Below are positions 51,751 to 64,000 of a stretch of 64,000 nucleotides of DNA, in pieces (the stretch's first letter is position 1; each line of letters begins with the position of its first letter). A program made the position numbers and the translations under genes. Origin of the DNA: Takakia lepidozioides (taxonomy: Eukaryota > Plantae > Bryophyta); contig CM060733.1 in NCBI GenBank assembly GCA_030704615.1, positions 10,540,001 to 10,604,000 on the forward strand, in the 5' to 3' direction. Under the pieces are notes generated by a model. It was not told where the DNA came from. It did not search any database and saw only the letters and a program-made list of their open reading frames with translations.

Positions 51751-53665
51751 AAATGATGTGCGAAGAGGAGAAGCCCAACCACATCACATTTGTTTGTGTT
51801 TGCAATATGTGTGCAAGCCTGGGAGCTCTGGGAAAGGGGAAAGAGGTCCATGGTGACATCGTCAAAGCTGGAATTGTACCAGATGTCATCATGAACACTG
51901 CCCTGGTGGAAATGTTTGTCAAATGTGGGTGCATTCAGGATGCGAAGGGAGTTTTCCACACTCTGGCTGAACGAGATGTGGTGTCGTGGAACGCCACGCT
52001 TGCAGCACAACAGGGGCATGGGATGGAGGCTTTGGAGACCTATGAGAAATGATTGGGGAAGGGTGAAGCCCGACCACATCAGGTTTGTGTGCGTTTGCAG
52101 TGCGTGTGCAAGCCTGGCAGCCCTGGAAAAGGGCAAAGAGGTGCATGGTTGCATCGCCAAAGCTGGAATTATACTAGATGTGATTCCCTATGGATCAATA
52201 TCTACAAGAAACTTGCATGGTAGATGGTCAACTAAAGGCTGCAGCTGCAGCGGCACAGTTCATGAAACCAGGCACCTCAACCATGACCACGGCTTCTGAA
52301 AGAGGATCAAGGGAGGGAGTCCACAATACCTCTTCTGGCATTTCTGCCCGCATATGAAGATGTTTTGCGGCAGGCAGACTGACAGAGGCTCTACAGACTT
52401 AAAACCAATGAGGCATTTTAGCAGATTGAGGTACATATGTCTGTCCCTTGCTTAAGTGCAACAAGATGGAAGGTCTGGATGCTGGAAAGCAGGTGCACAC
52501 TTACATTATCCAAAGTAGATGCACACCAAATATTTTTCTACTCAACACCCTTGTCTCCATGTATGTTAAGTGCGGGAGCATCATGGATGCTCACCAAGTG
52601 TTCAACAGAATGCCTCAACGATCTTTGATCACGTGGAATATAATGTTGGCAGGAGTTACCAAGCATGGGTGTGGTAGGAATGCTTTGGAGACCTATGAGG
52701 AACTGCTGCACGAAGGGGTGAAGCCCAACCACATCACGTTTGTTTGTGTTTGCAATGCGTGTGCAAGCTTGGGAGCTCTGGAAAAGGGGAAAGAGGTCCA
52801 TGGTGACATCATCAAAGCTGGATTTGTACCAGATGTCATTCTGAACACTGCCCTGGTGGACATGTATGCCAAATGTGGGTGCAGCAAGCCTGATGCGAAG
52901 GGAGAGTTCGACAATATGGCTGAATGAGATGTAGTGTTTTGGAGTGCCATGATTGCAAGGTATGTGCAGCATGGGTATGGGATTAAGGAATTGGAAACCT
53001 AAGAGCAAATGATGTGGGAAGGGATGAAGCCAGACCAGGTCATGCTCATTTGTGTTTATAATATGCATATGCGAGCTTAGCAGCCCTGGGAATGGTCAAA
53101 GAGGTTCATGGTGACATTATCAAAGCTGGAATTGTACCAGATGTCATTCTGAACATTCCCTTGGTGTACATCTATGCTCGCCAAGTGTTCAACAGAATCC
53201 CTCAACGATCTTTGATCACGTGGAATATAATGTTGGCAGGATTTACCAAGCATGGGTGTGGTAGGAATGCTTTGGAGACCTATAAGCAACTGTTGGCGAA
53301 GGGGTGAAGCCTAGCCACATCACGTTTGTTTGTATTTGCAATGCATGTGCAAGCTTGGGAGCTCTGGAAGGGGGGAAAGAGGTCCACGGTGACATCATCA
53401 AAGCTGAATTTGTACCAGATGTCATTCTGAACACTGCCCTAGTGGACATGTATGCCAAATGTGGGTGCAGCAAGCCTGATGCGAAGGGAGAGTTTGACAA
53501 TATGGCTGAATGAGATGTAGTGTTTTGGAGTGCCATGATTGCAAGGTATGTGCAGCATGGGTATGGGATTAAGGCTTTGGAAACCTAAGAGCAAATGATG
53601 TGGGAAGGGATGAAGCCAGACCAGGTCATGCTCATTTGTGTTTATAATATGCATATGCGAGCACA
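51750..53665 (+). pseudogene. PLS-class PPR pseudogene with internal tandem duplication
   Basis: Repeats KPNHITFVCVCNACASLGALEKGKEVHGDII, LNTALVDMYAKCG and RSLITWNIMLAG, with stops and frameshifts. Confidence 0.9.
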
Positions 53666-53963
53666 TCCACAAAACCTCCTGGACTTATTAAAAAGAGACA
53701 CGTGTACAGTTTGCAGCAGCACACTAAGTCATGTATGGTAGAAGTACATATGACTGCCACATGACAGTGAGATGTATCACTTGGTTCATCTGACTGCAGT
53801 CATCCATGACCGACCATACTGTACTCATTGTATTCACTTGGTTTGCACGACTTAAAGTCATTGTAGTCATATGTACCGTTTATGACTACGGGATAGTCAT
53901 ATATACAGTCATATATACCGCGATCTATTGTAATGGAATTTCATTGTGATGTAAGAGTGCCAA

Positions 53964-56900
53964 CACTACAGGAAAAAGGGGGCCTTTGCAACGCCCACGC
54001 CGCAGCGTCGGGAAAACGTCCTTTTTTCGGGCACGCGGCAGGCGCAGAATATGCGACAGTCGCATGGGCGTCGCCAAAATGACGTCGCAAAAATGCGATA
54101 TATGGGGGTCGCGAACCCCCGCCCCAACTCCCGCAACTGTCGGACGTCGGTTTTTCAGGCCGTCCGCGCCGATGGCAGGGGCCTCTTGGAGCGACGTCTC
54201 GCCGTCGTGGCCCTCCAGCCGACGGCGTTGGTGGGGGCGCCGGCACGGCGTCGCAACCCTTTTTTTTCTAACATGCCCGGGAGTCCCATCCTAAAACCCA
54301 AAAACACGTGGCGTAACCCTGGTGGTATGCCAAGCGACTATTGGGCGTAGCAAACAAACAGCAGGAGCAGGAGTCGGTCTCCGCCACGCCCGGGCGTGGG
54401 TTGTTGCGATGCTCCGGCGTCACTTTTGTTTTATATTTAATAAATAAATAAAATGTGGCGCAGGCGGGGTGGTGGTCTCCGCGACCCCAGGGCGTCGCGG
54501 CTTGCGACTCCCGGACTAAAAAACCACGTCGCAGGGGTGTCGGGCGTTGCCGCCCGCAAATGGGGTTTGCGACGCCCGACTGTCGTTACTTGCGACCCCC
54601 GCCCAAAAAACACGTCGCCATTTGTGACGTGCTGCAGTCGCGAGGGCAGCCTGGTGGTTGATTTTGGGGGTGAATTGGGGGTGGTTTTTTGTTTTCTGCC
54701 TGGTTTTGTATTTGGGGATGGGAGACCTTACAGTTCCATTTCTCTGATTTAGCAGGTACACAATTGAGCAAGCATGAATCGAGGGTGAGGACGGTGCGAC
54801 ACATGAATAAGATGGAAGATGGAAAGATTGAAATATATTTACAGGAAATGAGCTAAAACGCTCACAAGGGTTCAGTAGGCTCACCCTGAGACCTACATGG
54901 ACTAGGACTAGTCATCCTCATCCTCATCCTCAGTGGAGGACTCAGAGCTATCCGATGAGCCTGATGACTCCGCGCCCTTTGCCAGAGCACGTAAATGAGG
55001 CGGCGTTCCCCTAAGTCCCACAGAGCTCTCATCCAAACCCTGGCCATGACCCTCGACCTCATCCATACTAGTGCCATGTAGTGCACTCATCCCCTGTGTG
55101 TTGGCCATGTTCTTCATGAGGGATTGCCAACCATGCTCCTTGGCGTAGTTGTACTCTACCGAAGATGGCTTCCTCTCAAACGCGCGTCGCTACACATGCC
55201 ACAAATTAAAGTCAGTTCTTCGCGATGATGGAGCCAGAAAGAAGACATAACAAAATCCATAGGGAAGTATAACTTACAAATCGCAAGATAAAACCCTTGG
55301 ATCCGCCGGTGCCCCACTTGTGTGTGGATTCGTGCTTGTCAAGGCGGACTGTTGTTGCTTTGCGTGCCCGGTCAAATTTGGCCTTGTTTGCGGCATCCCG
55401 CAATGAGTGCATCCCACGATACCTATGCAAACCCCCCCAACAATTAGTGAATTACACACATACGTTGCATCGAATCCACCTCATTAATGCACATGCGACA
55501 AATGGAAGGTGACATGATTCAGGATTTGCCAACCTGTGTAATTCCATAAGGTGGTTTGGGTATGGCTCCCTTTTCCATTGCCCTCCGAATGATCTATCTG
55601 GCACGGTACCTCCTGTCCTTCAAGTTTTGCCCCACCATCTCCATCACCCTTGTGTCACTCCAATTGCCCGGAAACCGGCGGTCTAACTCACGGGCATACG
55701 CCCGCTTCGCGCCATAGTGATGATCTGCCCACTGGATGTGCAAAAAGAACCACCTCAATGCGAGTTCGAAGGCCGGCTTCTTCATAGCCTCCCAGAACAC
55801 ACCGCAAGGGTCACCATGGCGATTCACCTCCACCTGTGGCACCACGATCTTTGCCAACTCTGCGTCCTGTATCGCCAAGGCCATCCCACCCTCTCCCTTA
55901 TTTGTAGCCTCCTTCCCCTGCTCCTTGTTACTCCACTGCCCTCCCCTGCATGCACACTCACCCCTTCCTCTCCATGGGACTTCTTTTTCTTCTTCTTCTT
56001 TTCTTTCCCCTTCTCCACGACCATCTCCTTCCCCTTCCCCGCTACTTCCTCTCTCTCCTTCTCCCTCTCCCTTCTCTCTCTCTCCTCGGCAGCCCCTTCA
56101 TTGATGGTAAAAGGGATCTCGGGAGATCGAGGCCTCTTCTTCTTACCTTTGGTGTTCGGGTCCTTCATGAATACCACGTGCTCTCCCTCATTGGCAACCC
56201 CACTGGACTGCACCAATGAGGCCAGCCATGTGCTGCCCTCCTGAAGACAAATAACCCCTCCAAATTCAAAAAAAGAAACAAACAACAAAGAAAATCATGC
56301 ATGCAAAGGAAAGGATAAATCATGGAACAAGGTGCGACAGTTGTACCTTTGCAAGCTTGTCCGACTCGCCCCTGGTGTCACCCGATGTGGGAGGAGTCCC
56401 CGTTGCCAGATGTGCCCGCTCTATCCCCTCCCGGAGCGGAAGTAGATTCCAGATGTGGAGCATAGCCGGCGGCGGCGCCCCATAGTCCAGGCCCTTCTTT
56501 GCTGACCGCTCAGGCTCAGGGGGCGGTGTCACTGATCAGCTAGGCTGCTCCGAACCGACCCATACCTCATCCTCCCCCCCCCCCCCCAAATGCGTATCAA
56601 GGTAGAAGCCCTCACCGGCTTGACTTCTTCGAGGCGCTTCGCTATCTTGGTCACTTCATTGGCCCTCCTCGTCTCCTCCTCCCTCATCGACAACAATGGG
56701 CTGGCAATGGAGGCTTTCAAAGGCCCTTGAACCTGATGTTGGGCCTTGGCAAGTGCAGCCTTTGCTGCGGAGGAAAGGGTTGCTATGGGGGTGACATCCA
56801 AAAGGTGCCCATACCGGGCCCCCAAATGGGTGATGTGCTTGCCAAGGTACATTTCACCCGTCTTGGTGGCCGGGGGTGTGGTCAACTGAGCATCTGGCTC

Positions 56901-57240
56901 AGCAACAACCTCCCGAATAGGAGAGCTGGTTGAGCCGGCCCCTGGCGCATCCAAGATGTGGACAAGAGGGGGGGTACTGGCCTCGAGGGGCAGACGAGCC
57001 GTCCGGCTGCGGCTGTGGATGGAGCTGGTTAACCGTGAGATGCCCTGGCGCGTCACATGTGCCGGCAGAGCAAACGGATTGTCCGCCCCTTTCTTTGGGG
57101 CAGGGGACTTCTTCTCTTTCCCCATAAGTTGGCACCTGTCATGCAAACCCACAAGTTGGCCTCATTAGGAACATTCCAGATCAAAAACAAAAAAAACCAA
57201 GCATGTCGGGGGCTAAGAGCAACAAGTGCTCGGGGTCTTG
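53964..57240 (-). mobile_element. CACTA (En/Spm) element, one end plus a spliced TnpA-like gene remnant on the minus strand
   Basis: Starts CACTACAGGAAAA, followed by ~650 bp of GCGACG/CGTCGC subterminal repeats. Minus-strand exons include VEVNRHGDPCGVFW..RRFP and HKWGTGGSKGF. No second terminus seen. Confidence 0.75.
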
Positions 57241-57514
57241 AGAGGGGCAACAAGGAGAAAAGAAAAAGGTGGGGGGGGGGGGGGAGTGACTGAGCACCAC
57301 TAGCAACTGCTGAGCACCACGGGCTCAGTCAATCCCCCCCCCCCCCCCCCCCCATTTTTTTTTTGTTTGTTTCCTGATCTGTCCCTCTTTCTGTCCCTCT
57401 CTCCCTCTCTCCCTCTCCCTCTATCTCTCTCTCCCCCTCCCTCCCTCTCTTTTTTGCTGTTCACAAAAGTAAACAAACCACAAGGGAGAGAGGGTGCAGA
57501 AAAAGTTAAAAAGA

Positions 57515-58230
57515 TTGTACTCATAAGACGTTGTTTGCCGTAGCCTTGTGGCCATTGACCCCACGCCCAGTTTGAGCGGAAACAAAAGGGACAGAACCTG
57601 CCTCTGTCAGGGGCTGACGTTGGTGGTAAGACTTACCTTCATATATAGAATTAATCCGGGTTTTCCAGATATCCTCTAGAAATCCCTTCACACAAGCATC
57701 AAACTGCTGTGTGTGATTTGCCCAATAACTAGGCCTCAGGAGGGCCTGGGCTTTTGGCTCAGCCTTGAGACTTTCAAAGTTGGTAAACAGAGGTACAAGC
57801 ACAATTCCCTTGATAGATTTGAAGAGAGCGTCTCTTTGGTGAGAGAACCCCGGACAGTGTATCAGGAAATGAGTAATGTCTTCAGATTGCCCACACAACG
57901 GGCAATTGCACTCTCTCTTTCCTCTTTGCTTCTGTTTGCTGTTCAAAGGTAGGCTTCCTGCCCTGAGTTTAAATTTCAGTCTAGTGCCGAGAGTGGGTAG
58001 ACCCTTGAGGTCATCCAAGATGTCCTCCCCCATGTCACTGACTGGAAACAAGTTCAGGGAAGTTTTTTGCCTAACTTCATTTTCATCAGACAATCTCATG
58101 GCAATAGACATGGCTTTGGACACTACAGCCTCTAAGTCAGATTTATCAACCCGTATTGCAGATCCGTACACCAAGGCAGGTCTAATAATGCGACAAAGCA
58201 TGGTTTTCTTAACCTCAGAGTTGACCCCTC
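57515..58230 (-). mobile_element. 5'-truncated RTEX-like LINE 3' end with 20-bp TSD
   Basis: Same family as 8554-11487, with C-terminal KLRAGSLPL..CPLCGQSEDITHFLIHCP. TGCAGAAAAAGTTAAAAAGA is duplicated at 57495-57514 and 58231-58250. About 320 bp deleted internally at TTATC microhomology. Confidence 0.9.
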
Positions 58231-60311
58231 TGCAGAAAAAGTTAAAAAGAGAGAGGGGGCAACAAAGAAAAAAGAAAAAGGTGGGGGAGGGGGCTCAGTC
58301 ACTCCCCCCACCTTCCTCTCACTCCCTCTTTGTTTCCTGATCTCTCCCTCTCACTCCCTCTTTCTGTCCCTCTCTCTCCCTCTCTCCAACTACTTGTTTG
58401 GGATTATCAATTTTTTTTTTCCATAATACCTATTTTGGAAATACTATATATTTTTAATCCATGATGGAATTTTTAAGGTTTCATCCATACTGGATGAAAT
58501 TTCTGTTATAACCATAACTGGATGATTTATAGGCAGATATGCATTTCAATGCATATTAGGTTTATGTTCCTTTGATTTAAACCTATTGAATGCCCATTTT
58601 TCATCCTGGTCTGATATCATCCATACCGGATGGTGGATGAAATCACGGGAGGTTTTCCTTAAGCGTCTCTCTGCCCTAGACACAGCACGATATCGTGCGT
58701 GTTTTTTTCTCTGGAAGAGGGCGATGGTGGACGAATGCTCGAGCAGTAAGATCCGAGCGGGTGTTTTCTTGTTTTTGGAACGCGCGATGACGGCAGGCAC
58801 TTTCATCTCCCGCGATGGCAAATGACATACTGTTGTGTTTGCCTACGTTTTTCCTCATTGATGAAGCAGCGGCGGTTATGGAGGTGGGGAAGCGGCCTGT
58901 ATTATCAAGATACAACCTATCCTCAACTCTCCTCCCGTTGCATTCTGTTGTGCTCGTTCAAATTTAGATGATGAACACCGCAGCGTCCTACTCCACAAAA
59001 GATTGAGGTTCTTTGTGGTGTCACATCTATGCTTTCTTCTGCTGGTTCTGTGATCTTTGCATGCTTTATGGCTCATACCTGACATGGATAGCAACTGTGA
59101 AATCCTGTAATTCACCTCGCGCATCCTCACTGACGCACAAAACATTTTTTGTGTTTGTTTTTGGGACGGGCGCAGGTGAGGGATTTCACTTGGCATGAAC
59201 TCTTTGGCTTGCAGATGATCTGGTTACTGCAGGAGGGATAAGATATGCTGCAAGCTGCCGTTGTTGCAATTTTCTGCTTCAAAGCTGCTTCAAGGGGGAT
59301 ATGCCTTAAACCTTTACTTTGATTTCTGGTTCTTTGTAACCAAATCTGTTAAGTCAGGGAAGTAAATGGGCTGGGCCTCCTAGAAATCAGACCTCATTGT
59401 GAAGGTTCGGGCTGGTTGTGATGACAAGGGTTTGGTGGTGCAAGTGTGACATTGGATGCATTTTTCCAAACCTGTTTTCTGGCCTTTTGGAGAGTCAGAC
59501 AGTGCTGTTTATGCCTCACCAGTTTAGAATGTATTAAGTAAGGCATTGGGTAAGCCTTTTTAAGAACACATACATTCTTTCAGGCTCCCCCATGGAGATT
59601 ATAACCTGATTACAGACTGGTATTTTTGAGGATCTCTCTAAAACTTGGCAGTATTTTGGATAAGGCACTGGGATACATACCCTAGCCCTGCATCTACTTA
59701 TGGAAGTACAATCAGTTCAGCTTGTGCTTTTAGGAACATACAAGTCCTTTAAAGCTGTAATAGGGAATTGTTTTCATCAAAGCTCTCACTCTTAGGCCTG
59801 CTGGAATGGTTTTCTCAAAGACCTGTTGAGCTTACAACATACTTGTTTAAGCTATTTGAACCCTGGAATTACCAAGCCAGTATTTTTGAAGGGCTTTTTT
59901 GATTCCAAACTGTATTCTTAAGCTCCCCCCAGAGATTGGGAATGTGACATGGTAATGACTTACGGGTTTTTGTATGATCATCACAGCATTTGCCCTCTGT
60001 TTGGTTGTTGTAAGCCACTGGAACACTTACAACTCTTATTTAAAACTCAGTATGTTTTAAATAAAGTGGTTCAAACTTTGATTGATTGACTGTATGCAAA
60101 CGTGCATATATTCTTCAGAACCTTACAGGCTCATGCTATGTGTTTGTTTTTTTAAAAGACCCCACCCTCCCACCCTATGATTTCAAGAACTTTGAAATCC
60201 AGTCTCTTTTATTTAAGATGAACTATTTATGGAGGGGAAGTGTTAACATGATATAAGGATACCTTGTAATTTAAGGATTTTTTTTCTGGGATTGTACATG
60301 TAAGGAGATGT

Positions 60312-60600
60312 TTGACAATGCCTTGTAATGAGGCTGCTATGTCATTTTTCTTGACAATGACTTTTACTAAGTCTTGTCTATGTCTTGACATGACATGAAT
60401 ATCTTCTCTCTCTCTCCTCTCTTTCGTGCTGCTCACAAAAAAAAAAAAAAAAAAAAAAACCACAGAAGGAAAGAGGGGGTAGAAAAAGTTAATAAGAGAG
60501 AGGGAGAGAGTGGGAAGATATTCATGTCATGTCAAGACATGGACAAGACCAACTAGGGTCATTGTCAATTAAAGACATAAACAGCCCCATGACAGGGCAC
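60312..60600. repeat. Foldback/MITE-like inverted repeat (~90-bp arms) with a GA-rich spacer
   Basis: ..tgtcttgacatgacatgaatatcttc (to 60406) is the reverse complement of gaagatattcatgtcatgtcaagaca.. (from 60514). Confidence 0.75.
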
Positions 60601-62306
60601 CATCTACCATTTCCAGTCTTGTCATAACCCACCAAGTGACACCACCCATTCAGTCATGATAAAACAGGGTGGGAGGGCGGGGTATGTTCATAATCAGATT
60701 CATGTCATGTACCCAAGTGACCCTTATGCACAATATAAGTCAGATTGCAGCCTCAAATTACATCATCCATAGTTATCCATAAGATATGCACCATGCAATA
60801 TATCATGGGCATATAAGAGTATCTTGCCACATTACAGATCCAAGATATGCACACACAAGTACCTTGAGGTGATCCAAGACAAGCATTATGCAAAGTAGGT
60901 AAGAACAGTCTGCCTTGCAACACATTCAGTGAGTGTTCACACGGCAGCAAGAAGGACCAGCCTGCAATTAATTACACTTCAGGCCTGCCACCAAGTACAC
61001 TTCTTGGGCAAGGTAAGCCATATTACAGCTTCACATTTGGCCAAATGTAAGCACCCAAAAGCATGCACCTTGCAAAGCCTTCTGGGTATGTAAGAACAGT
61101 CTGTCATTGTATATATTCAGGACCTGTGCACATAGGACTCTTGCATGGAAGAAAGGTCTGTCTTGTCACAACATCCAGATCTGGACACACACACACTTTG
61201 AGTGTCCAAGACCAAGCCCACTTGGCCAAGATAAATCATACAATGTAGGTGGTTGTTTAAATGGAAAAATAGAGTAAATAATCATTGTCCAGAGTCCTTT
61301 AGAGCTTACTGTCATTGTATCACAGGAGGCTAATGCCATGTTTTGCAAATAGAACCTCACTATGCTCCATTCCACAACAAAACCAGGTCTGAAAACAAAC
61401 TGTCACTGCCTTATCAGTCTGTCACTGCCTTATCAGGCTGTCTTCTTTAACAAAACTCAGGTTTCCTCATCCTTATAGCAAAACAACCATTTATGACTTG
61501 TCCCTTACACCATCAATCCTCTTTTAAGGCCAAAAAGAAGGGAATCGAGTCTAAAAATCCACAGGCAAAGCTGTCAAAGACTCAAGACAAGGTAGGATTC
61601 ACATGCAGTGCTGCATGAGACAAAGCTGCCAGGCCAAAGTGCTCCATCAGCAACAGCAAAAGATAAGTCAAAAGCCAGCATTATCATGTCAAACCGGGAG
61701 CAAGCGGGCCAAAATCGGGGCTGCAAGCAGCAGCAGTATGTTCCTTTTGCACACATCCTTATCTGCAAGCTCAAGAGAATTCAAAGTAGGTAGGGATCCT
61801 CACCTGGTCCCATCACAAGCCCCCACAAAAACCAATGGGTTAGTGAGGATTGTGGAACCCCAGGTGAATCACAGACCCCTACACTTGTTATCGATGTCAA
61901 CTAAGAACCCCAAGAGAAAGAGAGAGAAAGATATGAAGTAAAAGGAACCCTAATCGCCAAAAAAACCTTGAGCGATTAAGGTAACACTGCGCCATCGCCA
62001 CCAACACGCCCCTCCAGCACAGCTAAGGAGAAGCGAAGCATACAAATGCTATGTCTAAGAAGGGAGAGGGAGCGATATACTTCCCCACCAAAGCGCCGCT
62101 GCGAAACATAAAAGCCAGAGGAGGGAAAGGGATGATGCCATCACAGCAGGTTCTCCCGCCTGTGAGAAGAGACAAGACGCCGCCATTGCGCATCCCCAGG
62201 AGCTCGTCTGGCATGAAGCAGCAGACAGGGTAGCAGCAGGGCTCAGACGCCATAACTCGCGAGCTCAGCAGCACGAGAAATGCAGCTGACAGCGGGAGAG
62301 ACACCC

Positions 62307-64000
62307 TAGGGCAGAGCCCGATTTTTCATCCGTAGGATGAATAATCAATACCCTTTTTAAGAACCCGACGGATGTCATCCGTTAGCTAGGTTTAAACAGT
62401 AGATTATAGGGTAGGAGTTAGGGTTTCACTCCTTAATTAGCAATAATTAAGGGTAATTAGAAAAATCTCCATGGCCATCATAAGCTGCTTTTTTCATCCG
62501 GTCCAGATGAAAAAAAAAATAGGTTCATTTGTTTGGATGAGGTCCATCAGCAGGATGAAAAATTAGTATCCATCATCCAGGGCAGCGGTTTTTCATCCTA
62601 ACAGATAATTCGTCATCCCTTAAGAGAAAGCCTCATCCAGTACGGAAAAAAAGCGTAAAAGGGGAAATAAAACGAATTCAAATCCTGGTATTTTTCATCC
62701 GGCATGGATGGAAAAAATTATAGATAGGATGCCAGTGTCATAACCCTTATGGAGGTAATTCCTCATTCTCTGGTGACCCATCTGATAGATGAAAGTCAAT
62801 AAAAGAGGAATGAAAAATTATAAGTCCTTTTTAAAGGTACTTTAGTGTCCACCCAGGTGATTCTTCCGGTATGGATAGAAGACCTTTACAAGTCGGGTGA
62901 AAACACCTTTTAGAGTCCATCTGGTATAGATGGAAAATCATGAAAAGAACACCGATGCAACCGGCCAGTTCCGAGGAGGGAGACAGAGGGAGAGAGGGGG
63001 CAACAATGAAAAAAAATGGGTGGGGGGGGGGGGGGGGGGTCAGATGGTGGGGTCAGCTGCAGCATATGTCCAACACCAGATATCCTAAGTTAATCGACTC
63101 TATATCTTGGAAACAGGACCGCCCACCAACCTGTCAAACAGGCTAAGTCCTGGCAAAAGACAGTAGAAGAGATTCTCAAGGATCTGGACCTGGAACCGCA
63201 AGTCTTCACCTTGCCGGATAAATCTGACTTAGAGGCTGTAGTGTCCTACCATGTCTGTTGCCATGAGATTGTCTGATGAAATGAAGTTAGGCAAAAAACT
63301 TCCCTGAACTTGTTTCCAGTCAGTGACATGGGGGAGGACATCTTGGATGACCTCAAGGTCTACCCACTCTCGGAACTAGACTGAAATTTAAACTCAGGGC
63401 AGGAAGCCTACCTTTGAACAACAAACAGAAGCAGAGAGGAAAGGGAGAGTGCAATTGCCCGTTGTGTGGGCAATCTGAAGACAATACTCATTTTCTGATA
63501 CACTATCCGGTGTTCTCTCACCAAAGAGATGCTCTCTTCTAATCTATCAAGGGAATTGTGCATGAAAAAGTCGAGGCTGAGCCAAAAGCCCAGCCCCTTC
63601 TAAGGCCTAGTTTTTGGGCATCTCACACACAGCCGATTGATGCTTATGTGAAGGGATTTGTAAAGGATATCTGGAAAACCCGGATTAATTCTATATGTGA
63701 AGGTAAGTCTTACTACCAACGTCAGCCCCTGACAGAGGTAGGATCTGTCCCTTTTGTTTCCCCAAGAGAGGGGGCAACAAAGGGAAAAAAAAAAAATGTG
63801 GGGGGGGGGGGGGGTGACTGAGCAGCAGCTGCTGCTCAGTCACTCCTCCCCCCCACCTTTTTTCTTTTCTTTGTTGCCCCCTGATGTCTCCCTGATGTCT
63901 CCCTCTCTCTCCCTCTCTCCCTCTCCCTCTATAACTCTTTGGATTTCATCTGGCCTTAACCTTTTGAGGTTATTTAGTTTTTCATCCCAACCTTTTTCAT
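62307..64000 (+). mobile_element. hAT-like non-autonomous element with CATCC/GGATG subterminal motifs, interrupted; related end at ~58400-58678
   Basis: Begins TAGGGCAGAG, and its reverse complement ends at 58678. Dense TTTTCATCC/GGATGAAA motifs occur in both regions. Confidence 0.5.
63038..63761 (+). mobile_element. RTEX-like LINE fragment, truncated at both ends
   Basis: VRWWGQLQHMSNTRYPKLI.. through EVGSVPFVS, near-identical to the other two copies, with frameshifts. Confidence 0.9.

Overview
Eukaryotic nuclear DNA, most likely from a non-seed land plant (spliced genes, plastid-targeted MDH, many PLS-class PPR remnants); the species cannot be fixed from the sequence. Three host genes are supported: an uncharacterised multi-exon gene (minus strand, 133-4482, running off the left edge), a 7-exon plastid NAD-malate dehydrogenase (26128-29955) and SDHAF1 (32061-32318). 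The rest is mostly nested transposon and pseudogene material. The main finding is a Mutator-like (MULE) element at 16590-24242 with a perfect 9-bp TSD and degenerate TIRs. It carries a SWIM-finger transposase remnant, a 116-bp-period array of 36-bp palindromes, and a divergently oriented spliced gene fusing a ParB-like domain to a bacterial-type beta-class amino (6mA/4mC) DNA methyltransferase fold. A second copy of that gene lies at 47812-51750. A related transposase (39732-42820) has its own palindrome array sharing the core CGTCAACG. A second notable element is 8.2 kb (4848-13092), with ~340-bp TIRs, a 6-bp TSD and an IS3-like transposase N-terminus (IS3EU-like). Also present are RTEX-like and L1 LINE pieces, a CACTA half-element, a putative solo LTR, a putative SINE and MITE-like repeats. 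All transposon ORFs here are degenerate. Family assignments come from recognising motifs by eye, not from database searches.
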